A DNA stretch of 64,000 nt from Vezdaea acicularis (lineage: Eukaryota): assembly GCA_026025075.1 (NCBI GenBank), contig JAPEUI010000079.1:1-64000 (forward strand). Direction: 5' to 3'. Positions within the stretch are counted from its first letter, which is position 1; each line of letters opens with the position of its first letter. The translations under genes were made by a program, and so were the position numbers. The notes beneath the pieces are model-generated. The model saw nothing but the letters and a program-made list of their open reading frames with translations, was not told where the DNA came from and did not search any database. This document shows, in pieces, positions 39,965 to 53,273 of the stretch.

Positions 39965-41753
39965 ACCATGACATTCTATGTTCGGGTAGACTTGGTTGAA
40001 ACATAAATCGGCTATCGACTCAAGCTCCTCGACTAACAACAGTAGACGAATGTTTGCGAGCGGCCATTGATATCCTTTCGTCCTTTGGCAAGGTGATGAT
40101 CTCAGCTCTTCACCGTGGACAATCCGGGCCTATCTGTAAAAGATGGGGCCTTTATCGGATTCTACTGGACATAATAGCCTCTTGTCAGTTTGAAACTGTC
40201 TGAGTGCTATGCCTCCATAGGGATAATATCTAGCGAATGAATACCCTGCAAAGAATGCTCCCACATCGTGATCGAGTGTGCTTCATATCTACAAATGTTC
40301 CTTGCTATTTGGATGAATTGGAGTTTAATATGGCCCAGTAATCTTACCAAATCAGCCCCTGCTCGACCTAGGCTTGACCTTATCATCATTCAATGACCTC
40401 TCATATATCGAAGTGCTCATCAGGGAATCTTCGCTTGTCTGTATCGAAAGCCTCTCCCTTTCAGATAAACACGCCTGCAAAAGGGGAACATGAAACCTAA
40501 GAAAGCTCAGGGGAGGGCCGTAATGCTTCAATTACTTTGTCTTTGTTGGTTCTAAGCATATACTGTCTCGTGCTATGCACTGCTCGTTTTGGACACCAAG
40601 ACCATCATCATAAGCCCTTGCTGCCATGAATGTCCAGACCTGGAAAATTGCTAGGTTTTTTCAAATCGAATGTGCGATAAACACTGCATGAAGAATATGG
40701 AATGATATGGTTGTGACAACACCAGTCTTGGTCGATGTCTGCTCTATGGTGTTCAGGACCACCCTCGAAGTTATAAACCCAGCTGTGCGCTTGGAAAATA
40801 CATTCAGGTGAAGTGACGGATCTTTCAAATCCAAACTAGAAATGTAAAATTGGTATGTCACGTACTGAGATATAACGGTAGCATCTCTCATGGCAGTTGA
40901 GGGACGTTAGTGAGCACCTTAGAAGCTCTAGCCTTAGGTAACTTGCCACCATCCAAATAGCGACTCGAGCCCCAAGGAGCATATATAGGGGAAGCCTTGG
41001 AATTATGCTATTGGGCGCTAGAACGAGAGAAAATGAAGGACGAGAAAATGAAGAATCACGTGTATCAACGTGATCTTGAGATTTCTCGTTGTGGTTGGTG
41101 TTCATGTTGGTTTGAGATCTCCTAGCCTAAGATGAGCTGTGGACCGCCATACTCACCCTGACCTTCAATATCAAGTTGAGTTACCAGAGACGTATAGATA
41201 GATAGAGTGTGGTGCTGTTTAAAAAGGGGGTGAGATAGAGAAAGTCATACATCACTTGAACCAAGGTGATCATGAAATTTCTCGTAGGGGTCGTTATTGT
41301 TTGTTTGAGGTCTAGCCCTAGCCCTAGATACAATAGGATCATAGCCGCCCCATTCCAAACTTGGAGATAGGTTGTCAAGGACGTCTGCATGGAAAGGGTG
41401 CAAAGCTCTCAACGTGATGATCCTGACGGAGGACTATGAATTCACCTACGGAAAAGTGATCTTGGACTTCCATGGTTCTTGTTCATGTATGCCCCGGTCT
41501 TGGTCCATGCCCCGGCCCACTCCAAAGGACGGAAAACGGCCCACCCTTTAGGTTAAGCCACGTCTCTATATCTCGTAGCGTTGCCAATATCATACGCAGG
41601 AGAAAAATCTGGAGTCTTCAGCACTAGAATATGATCGGAAAAATGTAGAATCTGGTATAACGTGAATGATCCCAAACATCCCTGACAGGAAGTTCTACAT
41701 GCGGTATGTCATGTAGAGAAAGGTGAGGGGTAGAAAAGATGCAAAAATGGATT

Positions 41754-41856
41754 TGATGGGAGTGGGACTCGAACCCACGCTCAGTTTCCCGAACCAGGAG
41801 ATTTTGCTAAGGTTGAAGCCTTAACCTGGCGCCATAACCAACTCGGCCATCCCACC
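41754..41856 (-). tRNA. tRNA-Leu(AAG) with a ~19-nt intron (41800-41818)
   Basis: Acceptor stem GGTGGGA/TCCCATC+A; A-box TGGCCGAGTTGG; anticodon stem CCAGG/CCTGG with TT-AAG-G; long variable arm; T-arm GTGGGTTCGAGTCCCAC; T5 terminator just downstream. Confidence 0.95.
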
Positions 41857-41989
41857 GAAGAATGAGGTTGGGAGAATATAATTCCAAATATGTAACGTCA
41901 GTCTCAGAATCATGTACTAAGAGCCGGATCAGTTTGACATGAAGTAGCCCGTTGATTTACAAGGTTTTACATGGGCATATAGTTACTCT

Positions 41990-42839
41990 TTATATCTTAC
42001 AAAGTGTTTCTAATGCGCTCGTCGTAGTGTCTTTCGTCTCCTTCACCAATCCCGCGATTTGCTTGAACCTACAAATATGTTAGATCCTCTCCTTTAAAGT
42101 AGGTTGGACTTACTCATTAACTCCCGCATCACCCATAAGCTCATATAGAAAACTCTCACTAGTCGTCACTACCGCCCCCTCCCTGCTTAACCTCCTCAAT
42201 GCAATCGGCACCTCCTGCTTATTACAGCTGCTCACTCCATCTGACAGTACATAGACCTTGTGACCAGCAGCCAGTAGATCAAGGGACGTCTGTGTGACAC
42301 AGATATGCGACTCAATGCCCACAATGGCAACCTCCCGAGGCTCGCTACCTTCGAACTCTTTCCGGATATCGGGAACCCACATCGAGAAAGCTGTCTTGTC
42401 GACATGTGCGACGGCGTGGCTAATGGGAAGCTCGGCGCAGGTCTCACCGAGACGCGCGCGATTCTGAGTTGTGGCGTATACGGGGATATTGAGGATCTGG
42501 CCTGCACATTTGAGATCAGTATTTGCGGAGCAGGGCTTGAACTAATGGGGCGCGCACTGGCTTTGAGCATCTTCTGCGTCGTCGCAATGCTGGGGCGACA
42601 AGGTCAGCTCAACAGGACCCCTTCACTGGAAGGGCACTCGTACACCTGCGAGTACTCCCATATTGCTGGACGGAATTTCTCTTGGATATCGCATATACTT
42701 GGTTTGCGGTTAGCGGAGGATCTTGTGCCGATGACGACAGATGAGATTTACAACAGCGCCGGTTTCACTACGGTGAGGATTAGTCAAGAACCAGAAGCTC
42801 AAAAGAGGTACTCTCACATAGCCTTCGTGTCGCTGCCAT
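41990..42839 (-). CDS. Isochorismatase-family hydrolase (ISOC1/ISOC2-like), 5 exons
   Basis: Spliced MAATRRLLKPALFICDIQEKFRPAI (16-nt microexon), TTQN, DKTAFSM, VGIESHICVTQT, DGVSSC, TTSESFLYEL; ends TLCKI*. Confidence 0.9.
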
Positions 42840-43076
42840 TTTGTTGCATGCGAATTGTCTTTTTGAATTGAAGGAGAGGGGTATTCTGAACCAAGCATGG
42901 GGTTGCGAAAGGTACGGGGTCCCCGCAAAATCGCGGGGAAATCGGTGGAAAGTTTTCCGCTACGGTTCCTCGGTCCGTACCCCTGAGTAACCCGGAACAC
43001 CTCAAATGACTTGGGGTATCATAAAAATATCACATATAACCAACGCTTTCAGGAAACTGATACGATCTGGAACGGT

Positions 43077-44005
43077 TTAAAGTTTACTACCTATCCATGC
43101 CCACCACCTTCCAACGTCCGGCTTTTCCGGCCCTAGGCTCGCTGCGTTGCCCCCTACTACCTCAACTTCAATATTGAATTCCTCCATTTGCTTGAAGTTG
43201 AAGGGCCCTTCGCCACCCTCACCAAGCCAGTCTCGCTCTTCCAAGTTCTCTGAGTCTCCCATACTAATGCCAGAATCGAGTAAGCCCTTAGATCTCGAGA
43301 TTCTGACCTTGGTGATCTCGGCTTCCAGGCGTGTCTTGACCATTGCAGCAGGAAGTGCAGCGAAGAGGTCCAATTTATTAGCCGCTACTAAGACGGGAAG
43401 CTCGCCTGGAGTCTTCGAACTCTTTCCTAGGGACGCTCTCTTCTGCAGGAGGAGAAGTAAATCATGCAGGTATTCGGCACACTCTCTGAGCCCGCTTTCA
43501 GCAGATAAACTGGCGGCATCTACAACAAAGATGACTCCTTTTAAATTTTGAGGCTTGGTAATGTTGTCTGTAACATGATGGCGGAGCTTCCCATGACCAG
43601 GAGTATCGATAAGAAGGAAAACTTTGTGGACCTCTAAAGTAGGATCGTTGACCGAGCGATACTGTGAGGAACCCGTCGTGGTAGATAGAGGAAGAGAAAC
43701 CTCCACGCTTAACGGCGCCTGCGAAGTATGAGTGAGAGCATGTTTTCCGCGCTCAAACTTCAGCAAGTTATCAGTTGGGCTCGCTGCTAATTTTGCTATG
43801 AACAACTTACCAGCGTGAGTAACGTTGTTTTGCCGGATCCGCTAGGCCCTACCAGCAGAAACGAGGGCAAGTTCGTTGCGCTGCTGGACCGAAAGAAAAT
43901 GTATTGCAACAGTAATGGCAACGATATGGCAACGATGATGGCTGAAAGTATCGCTAGTGGTGAGGGACCCATTAAAGCCGAGGCCCATTCCTCGAGCGTG
44001 CCCAT
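43077..44005 (-). CDS. SRP102: Signal recognition particle receptor beta subunit, 2 exons
   Basis: N-terminal TM anchor, P-loop GPSGSGKT, THTSQ, DTPGHGKLR, IFVVDA, ANKLD. Confidence 0.92.
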
Positions 44006-44360
44006 CTGTGCTAATGAGATATAGCTCTCTTGAAGCTTAAACTAAAGCTTACACCATTTTGATTGTTGAGTTCTCAAAGTCAAAGGTGGCCCCCACTCGG
44101 TCGGAGGTTACCGCGACCGAAAAAGCTTGGGTGGCTTTAGTAGCGATGATGCCTGTCGCGCGCCGGGAAAAGGGCGCGCTATGTATGGTTCATGAACGCC
44201 GACTCAGCCCCAAGGGCAGATTATCCACGACTGCCTCCCTTCATGTAGCTACGAATTCACATTTCACCTCTATTCAAGCTTGCGCACAATGGTTCAATAA
44301 TGTGTAGTTGGTGAGCGGATTTAGCTCCATCCTCGACTCCGCGAGAGCATCTACAGCGCC

Positions 44361-46809
44361 ATGTCGACTGCAAACTCGTCAGACGCCTCAGCCATGTCTC
44401 TCACGACAGCACCATCTCAAGATAAAAAAGCTTCCGAGTATGGCGGGTCGACGAAAGAAAATGGTCATGGGCTGGCTAAAGGATCTGGCGCTGAAGGAGA
44501 GGAGCAAAAGAAGCTACCGGTAGAAGAAGATATTATGTATTTGGCACGATTAGGAGAGGTTGGCGCAATCCAGAAATTATACGATGAAGGGAAGTTCGAC
44601 ATTCACTACAAGGATGAGGAGAATATCACCCCTCTACATGTACGCTCGTTTTTGGACCCTTCATCTCTTTACTCTATATCTAATGAGATTTCAGTGGGCT
44701 GCACTGCATAATAGGTATGCGCTGTGCAAGCATCTCCTCGAAGCTGGAGCAGAAGTGGATGCGAAGGGCGGGCAATCTGTCGCAACGCCAATGATGTGGG
44801 CAATACAAAGAGGTCACTACTATGTTGTCAATCTACTGTTACAACATGGAGCGGACCCTATGCTCATGGACACCCATGGTTACAGCTCACTTCATCTAGC
44901 TACCTTTGACAATAACCTCTTCACAATTGTTCTTTTGCTCCATCACAACATACCCGTGGATGTGCCCGATTCGCATGGCCATACATGTCTTATGTGGTCC
45001 GCTTACAACGGATTCGCCGCTGGTGTCGACCTCTTCTTACGTTTCGAGGCTAGTGTTAATGCCACCGATGAGAATGGATTCACAGCTCTGCACTGGAGCC
45101 TCGTTAAAGGCTCACAACCATGTATACAGAAACTTATAGAATACGGTTCAGACCGGTTCATGATGACTTCAACCGGAAAAACTCCTGCCATAACAGCAGA
45201 AGAGATGAAGCATCTGAGGATATGGCATCGCGCTCTCTTAGACTCCGGCTTCGATGAAGAGGGTCATAAAAAGGCCTCCACTATTCCCATGGTTTCACTG
45301 TGGCTTGGGCAGAGAAGGAATCTGGAAAGGTTCCTCTTTCTATGGCCATTCTTCATGATATGGTGTGCTCTGATGATCCTAAGCCATATGGTCATCTATG
45401 CGGCCGTCCCAATTGCCCTTTGCACGTTTTATTCACTGCAATGGGTCGTTACATGGGCTGTGCAATGGGCGCCAAGTGATATGAAGCATATGCACAAAAC
45501 GGTTCGTCACAGACCCATTATAGTGTAAAACCAAGCTAACCAATGACATAGCCTTTTCTGGCCGGAGTTTTTGCGGGTACCCTCTTTTGGGTCGGTGTGA
45601 ACTGGCTCACAGCTGTCCTTCCCTGTTAGTCTATCTCTTCAAGTCTCCTTGCTTTGTCTAATATAACGCAGATACTTTTGGCGGTAGCTTTCTGTTGAAC
45701 GTGACATTTGCTGCTTGCTATGGCTTGTGCACATATTTCTACACATGCAGCATGATTCATGACCCTGGTTACATTCCTAAGTTAGCTGGACTTGCTCAAC
45801 AAAAGGCAGTCATCGATGAGCTGTTCACCGAGTGGAAGTTTGATGAGCAGAACTTCTGCGTGCATTGCATGGTAAGGATGCCGCTTAGGAGTAAGCATTG
45901 CAGGCGCTGCTCGCGATGCGTCGCAAAGCACGATCAGTAAGCAGGCCACCAAACCTCTTTCTCTTATGTAGCTAATATAATCAGTCATTGTCCGTGGGTA
46001 TACAACTGTGTTGGCATCAACAATCATCGCCACTTCTTTTTATACCTCCTCTTCCTGGAATTCGGAATACTCACGCTCATCAAGCTGAGCTTGAATTGTG
46101 AGTTTTCTTGTAGTTTCGGAAGCGGACCCTGACTGATGGCATAGATCTTAACGCTCTACCTAACCCGACGGATACACAGTGCAACGTGCTTTCAGAGACA
46201 CTTTGCCGAATACTTCTCAAGGACCCTTACACGATACTCTTGACATTCTTCGCAGCATTACAGCTTACTTGGGTAACCATGCTTGTCCTAGTTCAACTTC
46301 TTCAGATTGCACGGGCTCAAACTACATGGGAGAACATGAGGGGCAACTCGATCGAGTACAGCGGTGGTCCTTCTGAAGCGATGACCGCTGCTATGACTGC
46401 CGGTACAGCCACATTAGAGGGCGGCGAGCTCACGGACCAGCCTACGATCGGCGCTCATGGCAGCCACGGTCATCGTCATGGGCATGGCGGTGGCTTCCTT
46501 GATCAATGGAAGAAACTCCTCGGTATTGATGCCTTTGCGGCCACCGCTCGAAGCAGTCTTGGTGGACAAGGTTCCAGACGACGCAACCGTAACCCCTTTT
46601 CTAAGGGAGTTATCCAGAATTGTAAAGACTTTTTATTCGATCCTGCGCCTGTTTTTGGACAGAGAGAAACGGGGAATGCTATGTTGGGAGGAGAAGTCGT
46701 AAATTATGCTAGGATGTATGAAACACCACGGATGGTTAGACTACGGTCCGGTCCAGCTAGTGGTAGTGGCGGAGCATATCACAGCGTCGCGGATGATGAA
46801 GTCGTATAA
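44361..46809 (+). CDS. AKR1: Ankyrin-repeat DHHC palmitoyltransferase, ~6 exons
   Basis: Ankyrin repeats (TPLH|WAA, TPMMWA, TALHWS), TM segments, FCVHC...[26 protein letters not shown] and NPFSKG motifs. Confidence 0.95.
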
Positions 46810-47322
46810 TGCTCTCACCTCTGTACTCGATATTTAAAGGCTCATTCTCAAGTGTTTTTACGGTGCTGCATTTTGGCCGCCCTACGGCGATATAGCTGTT
46901 GACTTTACGGAAAGGCAAGCGGCGTCTTTGATTTTGACTATTGTATATTAGTTATTCCCTCCATGCATGGATGAAAGGCCATGAATGACTCACAGTCCCT
47001 CGAGTTAGGAAAATTGTAATAGTGAATTAATTAGAATTTTATTGCAGAAGTCACGAGCAGTCAATCAGAGCTGTGCTTCGTTCGTAATTTGGCTTTCAAA
47101 ATATATAGGCTATTCTTCATCCTATGAGAGATAAGGGGTTACCATACTGCGTTGCTAAATTGGTCCGATACTGAGACGATCCAAATAAAGCGACTGTCCG
47201 GATGATGTTTGAGCCCTTCCCCAAGAGAAGCTCTACTTGGTAGCATCAAAGACGACGCGAGGCGCTGTAAATTATGGAAAGACCATCTGCACTCAGAAAA
47301 CCCCTCAATCCAAATTTTAGAC

Positions 47323-50300
47323 ATGGACCCATCTAGGAATCAGATTTTCCAGCTGGTGTGTTGATCTGATATGACTTCTTAGACATTGCTAATCGGTCTA
47401 TTCGCAGCTTAAACCTCGTTGCGTGGAGCTAAGCCAGCTTGCGTTACAATATGGCATGAAGAAGACAAACGCAAATGAGCTAATTAAGTCACTCCGCGAG
47501 CTTTTGAAAGTACTTGATAATATACCGTCGAAGTCTTTGGACAGCAAATTGGCCGAATATGTCTTCTTCCCAATCTCGCATATTTTCCGACAAAGCCAAG
47601 CTGTTCCAAGCTTGGCGGTCGAACTGGCTCTTAAATGTCTTCAGGTCCTCCTTAATACTGGATGGTATGGTGTGCTGTCTATGGACTTAGGCAAGCAGCT
47701 ATTGATTTTCTCCACTTTTGTCGCTGGTGGCAACCCAGCAAACCCTTTGAACGAGGGAGTACCCGAGGAAACCAAGCAAGCAGCTCTTGGGACCCTCGCA
47801 AGTTTGTTTCTAGCATGGAATGCATCAGAAGAAGCAAAGCAGTCGTTCACCGACGCTGAGAATCTTCCTGCACTAGGCCATTGCCTTACCGTCATGCTAG
47901 ACAATATCACAGACGGACCGTCGAACGACATCCAGCTTACAGCCTTAAGTGCTTTAAACAACTTTCATCGTTGCGTCACAGACAGAGAGGCGTTAGCCGG
48001 GTTCTTTCCAGGAACAGTGTCATCACTTATAAAGGCTCTTCAGACCAATAGTGGAGCAAGGAGAGCCTACATGGTCTTGCAAGGCTGCCTCTCGATCCTT
48101 CGGAAAGTCATCGAGACGGTACTAGCAGACCAGACTATCAGAGGTCTACTCGATGATTCTAGGGAGTCATCAGAGAAGCCCCAAATCAACACCACTATCA
48201 TGACACCATCATGGCTGAGGGCGACTACAGCTCAGGTGAAGCTCGCCTTGGCAAGCATTACCAAATTACGATATTACACCAGGAAAGAAGTGCGCCTTTC
48301 ATTACTTGCTCTGGCACAAAGCTTAGTTGAGAACTGTCGAGAATCGCTTCAAGATTCAATAAGCATGATGGTTGAGACGATGATTGTGCTTTCCGACGAT
48401 TCAATTGGAGAAGAGAGTGAAGCAATGTTAAGGGATCTTTGTGAGAAAGATCCAGGTATCGCCGATATCATCAAGAACATTGTACATGACTGGATCGTTT
48501 CTCTGCCTCGTCTGATGCAAAGTAACGACGACGAAGCTAAAAGCCGAATGATCAGGCAGCTTTCAAACTCCTACCACCTCCTTTCAAGCCTTGGTGTTGA
48601 ATCTAGCATCGTCGACGACTCTCTTGTTCGTAGTTTGCGAGATAGTGTATCAGCCGCAGTAACGAAACATGGAAAAGGAGGCCAAGATATCCAAGACCAG
48701 TCCAGCGGATTAGATATTCAGCTTTTACGAATCAATGGGGAATCTTCATCCGAGTTTCCACCGATTGTGCAAGGAAGCAAAGCCCAGCAGCAGTCTCTAG
48801 AAGGTATGCAAGTATTTCTGCAGCAGATCAGCCGTTCCGAAGCTTCAATGGCAATTGCAAGGGATATGATTAGTTACAGTGAGCACGCTTCTGGAGACAG
48901 CCTGCTTGCCTCCCTTTGGCTTTCGTTGAACATCTTGAAAGAAAAGGAGATTGAGAGGAATGGGTTAGAGACCTTCACTGAAGTGTACATGAGCTCCGAT
49001 ACGTCTCTGGATCTGACAGAGGAGCTGTACTCATTCTCTCTTTCTATTCTTACCCAAGAACCGAACGATCAAGAATCTGACTGGCGAGCTCAGGGGCTAG
49101 CTCTAGAAGCCGTCGCTTTGCGCGCCCAAATTATCAAAACAGATTTCCGCATCGAGCTCGTGGAAGCATTATACCCAGTCGTCCAACTTTTAGGAGCAAG
49201 AACTCCAAGTCTACAGAGCCACGCCATGGTGGCACTTGATCGAATAGCTCTATTCTGCGACTATAAGTCTGCCAGTGACATGATCATAAACAACGTTGAC
49301 TATCTAGTCAACGCGGTCGCCCTTAAACTCAATACTTTCGACATCTCGCCACAGGCCCCACAGGTCCTCCTCATGATGATCAAGCTTTCCGGCCCTGCTT
49401 TGATCCCCTACCTTGACGATTTAGTGTCTTCAATCTTCGCAGCTCTTGAGAACTTTCATGGCTATCCAAAATTAGTAGAGCTCCTCTTTTCGGTCTTGAA
49501 CGGCATTGTCGACGAAGCGTCTCATTCCGAGAAACTGGCAATCACGTCTGGCGCTGAACTAGACCACCGAAAGAGGCCTTTCACTTACACCCCTATGAGC
49601 GAAGTCGCCACTCTCCTGGAACAGCGAAACGCGCGAGCTGAGAAAGCACGCCTTGAAGAAGAAGATACCATCTCAAAAGAACACCCCCAACGCCCCTGGA
49701 AAGACTCGGAGAACTCACCCTTCGACTCACAAGAAGACGAGGCCACCCCCCAAGACGGCTCCATGGACGACACAAGCCAAGCCGTCTCCAGTGAAGAAAC
49801 CCCCAAGACTTCCAAAGTCTACACCATGGTTCAAGAAATCGCCCGTCTAACCCAACACTACCTCACCTCCTCCTCTCCCCAGCTCCGACGCCAACTCCTT
49901 GCCCTTACGAGCACCGTCTGTACAGCCCTCCACCGCGACGAGAACGCCTTCCTCCCACTAATCAACGACATCTGGCCCGTCGTAGTCGCACGCCTGTACG
50001 ACGACGAGGCCTATGTCTCCGTCGCCGCCGCACGGGCAGTCTCCCAAATCTGCATCGCTGCGGGAGATTTCATGAGTTCGCGCATCGAGACAGAGTGGCC
50101 GAAGATCGAAGACTTGTATTGGAAAAATCACAGTCAGCTCATGAGTGAGCGGCGAGGCAAGAGCGGGAGGGGCCCCTATACGCCCGCGGCGCAGGTGTGG
50201 GATGCGTTGGTTGGGCTGCTAGTTGCTATTCTGTGGCATACAAGGGTTGGGGAGGAGGTGTTTGACGATATGCTTGAAATGGCCGGAGAGCATTTGCTTG

Positions 50301-50443
50301 AGCGAGGGGAGCTGAGAGAGGCGCTGGAGGCGCGGAATCCGGACGCGGTGTGGTTGGCTATGGCGAGGAGTGGTCAGATCAGGGAAATGCCTCCGAGGCC
50401 GCAGTTGGACGGGTTTGAGTTTAAGCCAATCGAACTTGGGTAA
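47323..50443 (+). CDS. TTI1: TEL2-interacting protein 1 (TTT complex, HEAT repeats), 2 exons
   Basis: MDPSRNQIFQL|LKPRCVELS, LAEYVFFPISHIF, FFPGTVSSL, NNVDYLVN, FLPLINDIWP, GDFMSSRI; about 1020 aa. Confidence 0.88.
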
Positions 50444-50736
50444 TTTCACTTGAAATGGCACATGTCACATGAAGATTAGGCAGGTTTTGAGGGGAGACGT
50501 GTGTTAACTCTACTAGGCAGCCCCTGTGGCCCCTTTACCAGCCTATGCATAAGCTAAGAAAATGAGCGGCGTCGGAGCAGATCGAATAGCACCACAATAA
50601 AGTAGGATAAATGAACCAACGAAAGACCGAGGGGAGATGGTTGATACCGAAGAAGGCAACTTTAGAGCCGCAAGGGAGCCTCATAGTTACCCACAAAGAC
50701 ATGTAAAAAACTACCTCATGAGTAACATGATATCCA

Positions 50737-52192
50737 TTAATCATCATCCTCATCCTCGTCCTCGTCCTCGTCGTCATCATTATCACTCTCAGCGTTCGCA
50801 AGCCATTCGAGGAAGGGCTCAGCAGCCTTGCGAACCTTCTTGCTAGTAGCCATGTCGACGTAGCGCTTGCTGCCCTTGGAACCCCAGGTCTTGGCGAATT
50901 CCTCGGTAATGAGGTCTTCTTGGTAGTAAGCCATGAGGATAGCTGGGAGTTGGGAGATTAGGGCAGGTATGGCCTTGCCAACGAGGCATTCGGTGCCGCC
51001 AAGGAAAGCCTTTTGGTGGCGCTCGGACGTGATGAGCTGTGAAAGGTTAGCGTCATTGAAGATAGATGGGGAAAACAGCAAATCATACCTTCTTAAGCAT
51101 TGGGGCTCGAGCTGGCACCTCCTTGACAATGTCCTCATCAAAGATTGTCTGAGCAAGGACAGCCAAGGTGTTGTGCTTAGTCTCAATGCCCAACTCCTTT
51201 GCCTTCTTGTAGATCTCAACGTCGTCGACCTTAGAGACTCCATGAGTCTCTTCAGCCTGAGCGATAATCCAGCTTCCAAGCTGATCGTAGGCCGAGTTGC
51301 CTGCTTTGTCATCGTCATCGTCATCTCCGACGACAAGGGCTCGTTTGAGATCATCGGGTAGCTGCTTAGCCCGTGCCTTGACCGCTTCTTCGGAGACATC
51401 TACGGCCCACTCATCATCTTTGATTTCGACAGGCTGGTCGATAACCTTTGCTCCTGCATTGATGCGGCGGGTCAGCTCGTCATCGCTTCCCGCCTCGATT
51501 GCAAGGTCGCCATTTTCGGTATCGCCAGGATCAGAGTTGCTATCGCCCTGGCTACCACGCCCGTTCTCCTTGACTTCGCCGTTCTCCTTCTCCTTCTTCT
51601 CCTTGCGATTGGCCTTTTTGTTGGCCTTGTCTTTTTTCCCTTTCTTGGGTTCGCTCTTAAGAATAAAGGAGCTCAGTTTGAGACGGAGATCTACGTCGGA
51701 CAACTGGCCACATGCCTTACAGTTGAGTTGAATTTTGCCATCCTTGACATTGACGTCGGTTTCTGGATTCTTGCATTTCTTGCAGAGTACAAATTTGGAG
51801 ATGAACCCATCCAAATAATCCTGAAGCTTTGGGGCTTCATGAGCACCGTTGATGATCCAACGGTCGTCGGCAGGGTTAGTATTGGTTTGGGCACCTAGCT
51901 CAAAGCCGAAATATTTGATGACATCTATTGGGGTGTATCAGCAGCTAAGACTTTTATGGCTTGGAGGGGTCCTTACACGCGGGGGGGCGTGCCAAGGATG
52001 CAGAGACACTGCTGAGGTTGGAAACAACGGTCTTAATGCCATTGCCTTTGCCCTCTATCTTTGACTGTAGTCTCTCCATCTTATAACGGTAAAAGGGGTC
52101 TGTGACATCCTAGTCCTGTTAGTTCTCGACTCCCAGTTACACCACTTGGGGATTTATGAAGGACATACCCTGCGGATATTGACGGTAGCCAT
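50737..52192 (-). CDS. TIF5: Eukaryotic translation initiation factor 5, 4 exons
   Basis: [53 protein letters not shown]...CKACG; W2 domain ending [12 protein letters not shown] plus acidic tail. Confidence 0.97.
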
Positions 52193-52212
52193 GATTGCGA
52201 TTTTGAAGACGT

Positions 52213-52538
52213 TTATTGGAGTAAGTGTAAAGACCGAACTTCGAGCACAAGAGAGACCTCTGGGCAGTTGAGTGGCGGAAAAGACATGCGGATGCGTCCG
52301 TCGACCTTCCGATAAGATGAGGATATGCACAATGCTCTATTCACCAACAACTATAGGCTCTCGTAAGAAACCAAACATTCACCAAAACTGGGGATAAGTC
52401 GAGAGATTGAGGCAGACTGTCGTTGCGGTGTTAGCCGTTGGATGCAGCGTAGTCGCTACAATCCTTTCTTATGCGAAATGGTTGCAGCTTGAGCGGCGGC
52501 TGATGTCTGAAAGAGGTGGTTCGGGGCGTGAGATACAT
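52213..52538 (-). promoter_or_regulatory. eIF5 5' leader with three uORFs in poor start context
   Basis: uAUGs at 52538 (TTT-ATG-T, 35 aa), 52378 (TGA-ATG-T, 13 aa) and 52287 (CGC-ATG-T, 24 aa); main start context ATC-ATG-G. Confidence 0.7.
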
Positions 52539-53273
52539 AAACCGCAAAGTGTCGTTGATGTCTGTAAGATGCTTTATCTATTTTAAGTTGTAAACTGGCC
52601 CGGAGTGCACGTCTAGTGAAGGGTCACCGAGCACAAGATCTGGTCGCCACTAAGTGGAGCTGATGAATGTCCCTTGGATACTCTTAGTATGTTGCTCGTG
52701 GTTTTGAAGGTGATTTTCTATGTGTCGATTGTAGAAGACCGAGATGATAAAGCTGTTGCGAGACTGATGTTGGTGGAAGAAGTTTCTGCAACAATGCCGT
52801 TGGAGACGAAGAGAAGAAAAAGTGACAGCGCCTTTTCGTCTGCAAATCGAGCTGCGGGCTTACGGCAAGGCAAGAAGCGGCGCCTGTGCAGAACCTCGGA
52901 GATCCGGCTTTAGAAAGTGCATGGGCTTCCAGTAGCGACTTAGATCTCGCCTAAACGCCTCGTGCTCCCAGCGCTTTGTAAGACTGTATGCAGGCACCAA
53001 GTAGGCTGCTCGGAAGGGCTCAGTGCTGTTTCCATACAGATACGACGACTTCATTATAAGAATTTGACGTTGATTATTTGCCGCACGGCAAACACTGAAA
53101 GTTCTCACCGGCCTTCCATAAAAGGGTGCAACTTGTTTATACAGATTGAGATAACGTATAGTAGCATCTAGAAATACCTGATCCGCAAGCGCCGGCCGAC
53201 CCTGAACTCCCGAATGCCATCTCCTTGAACTCAAGAAGGTCATCTAACCATTACAGAGTAGAATTCATGCTAT

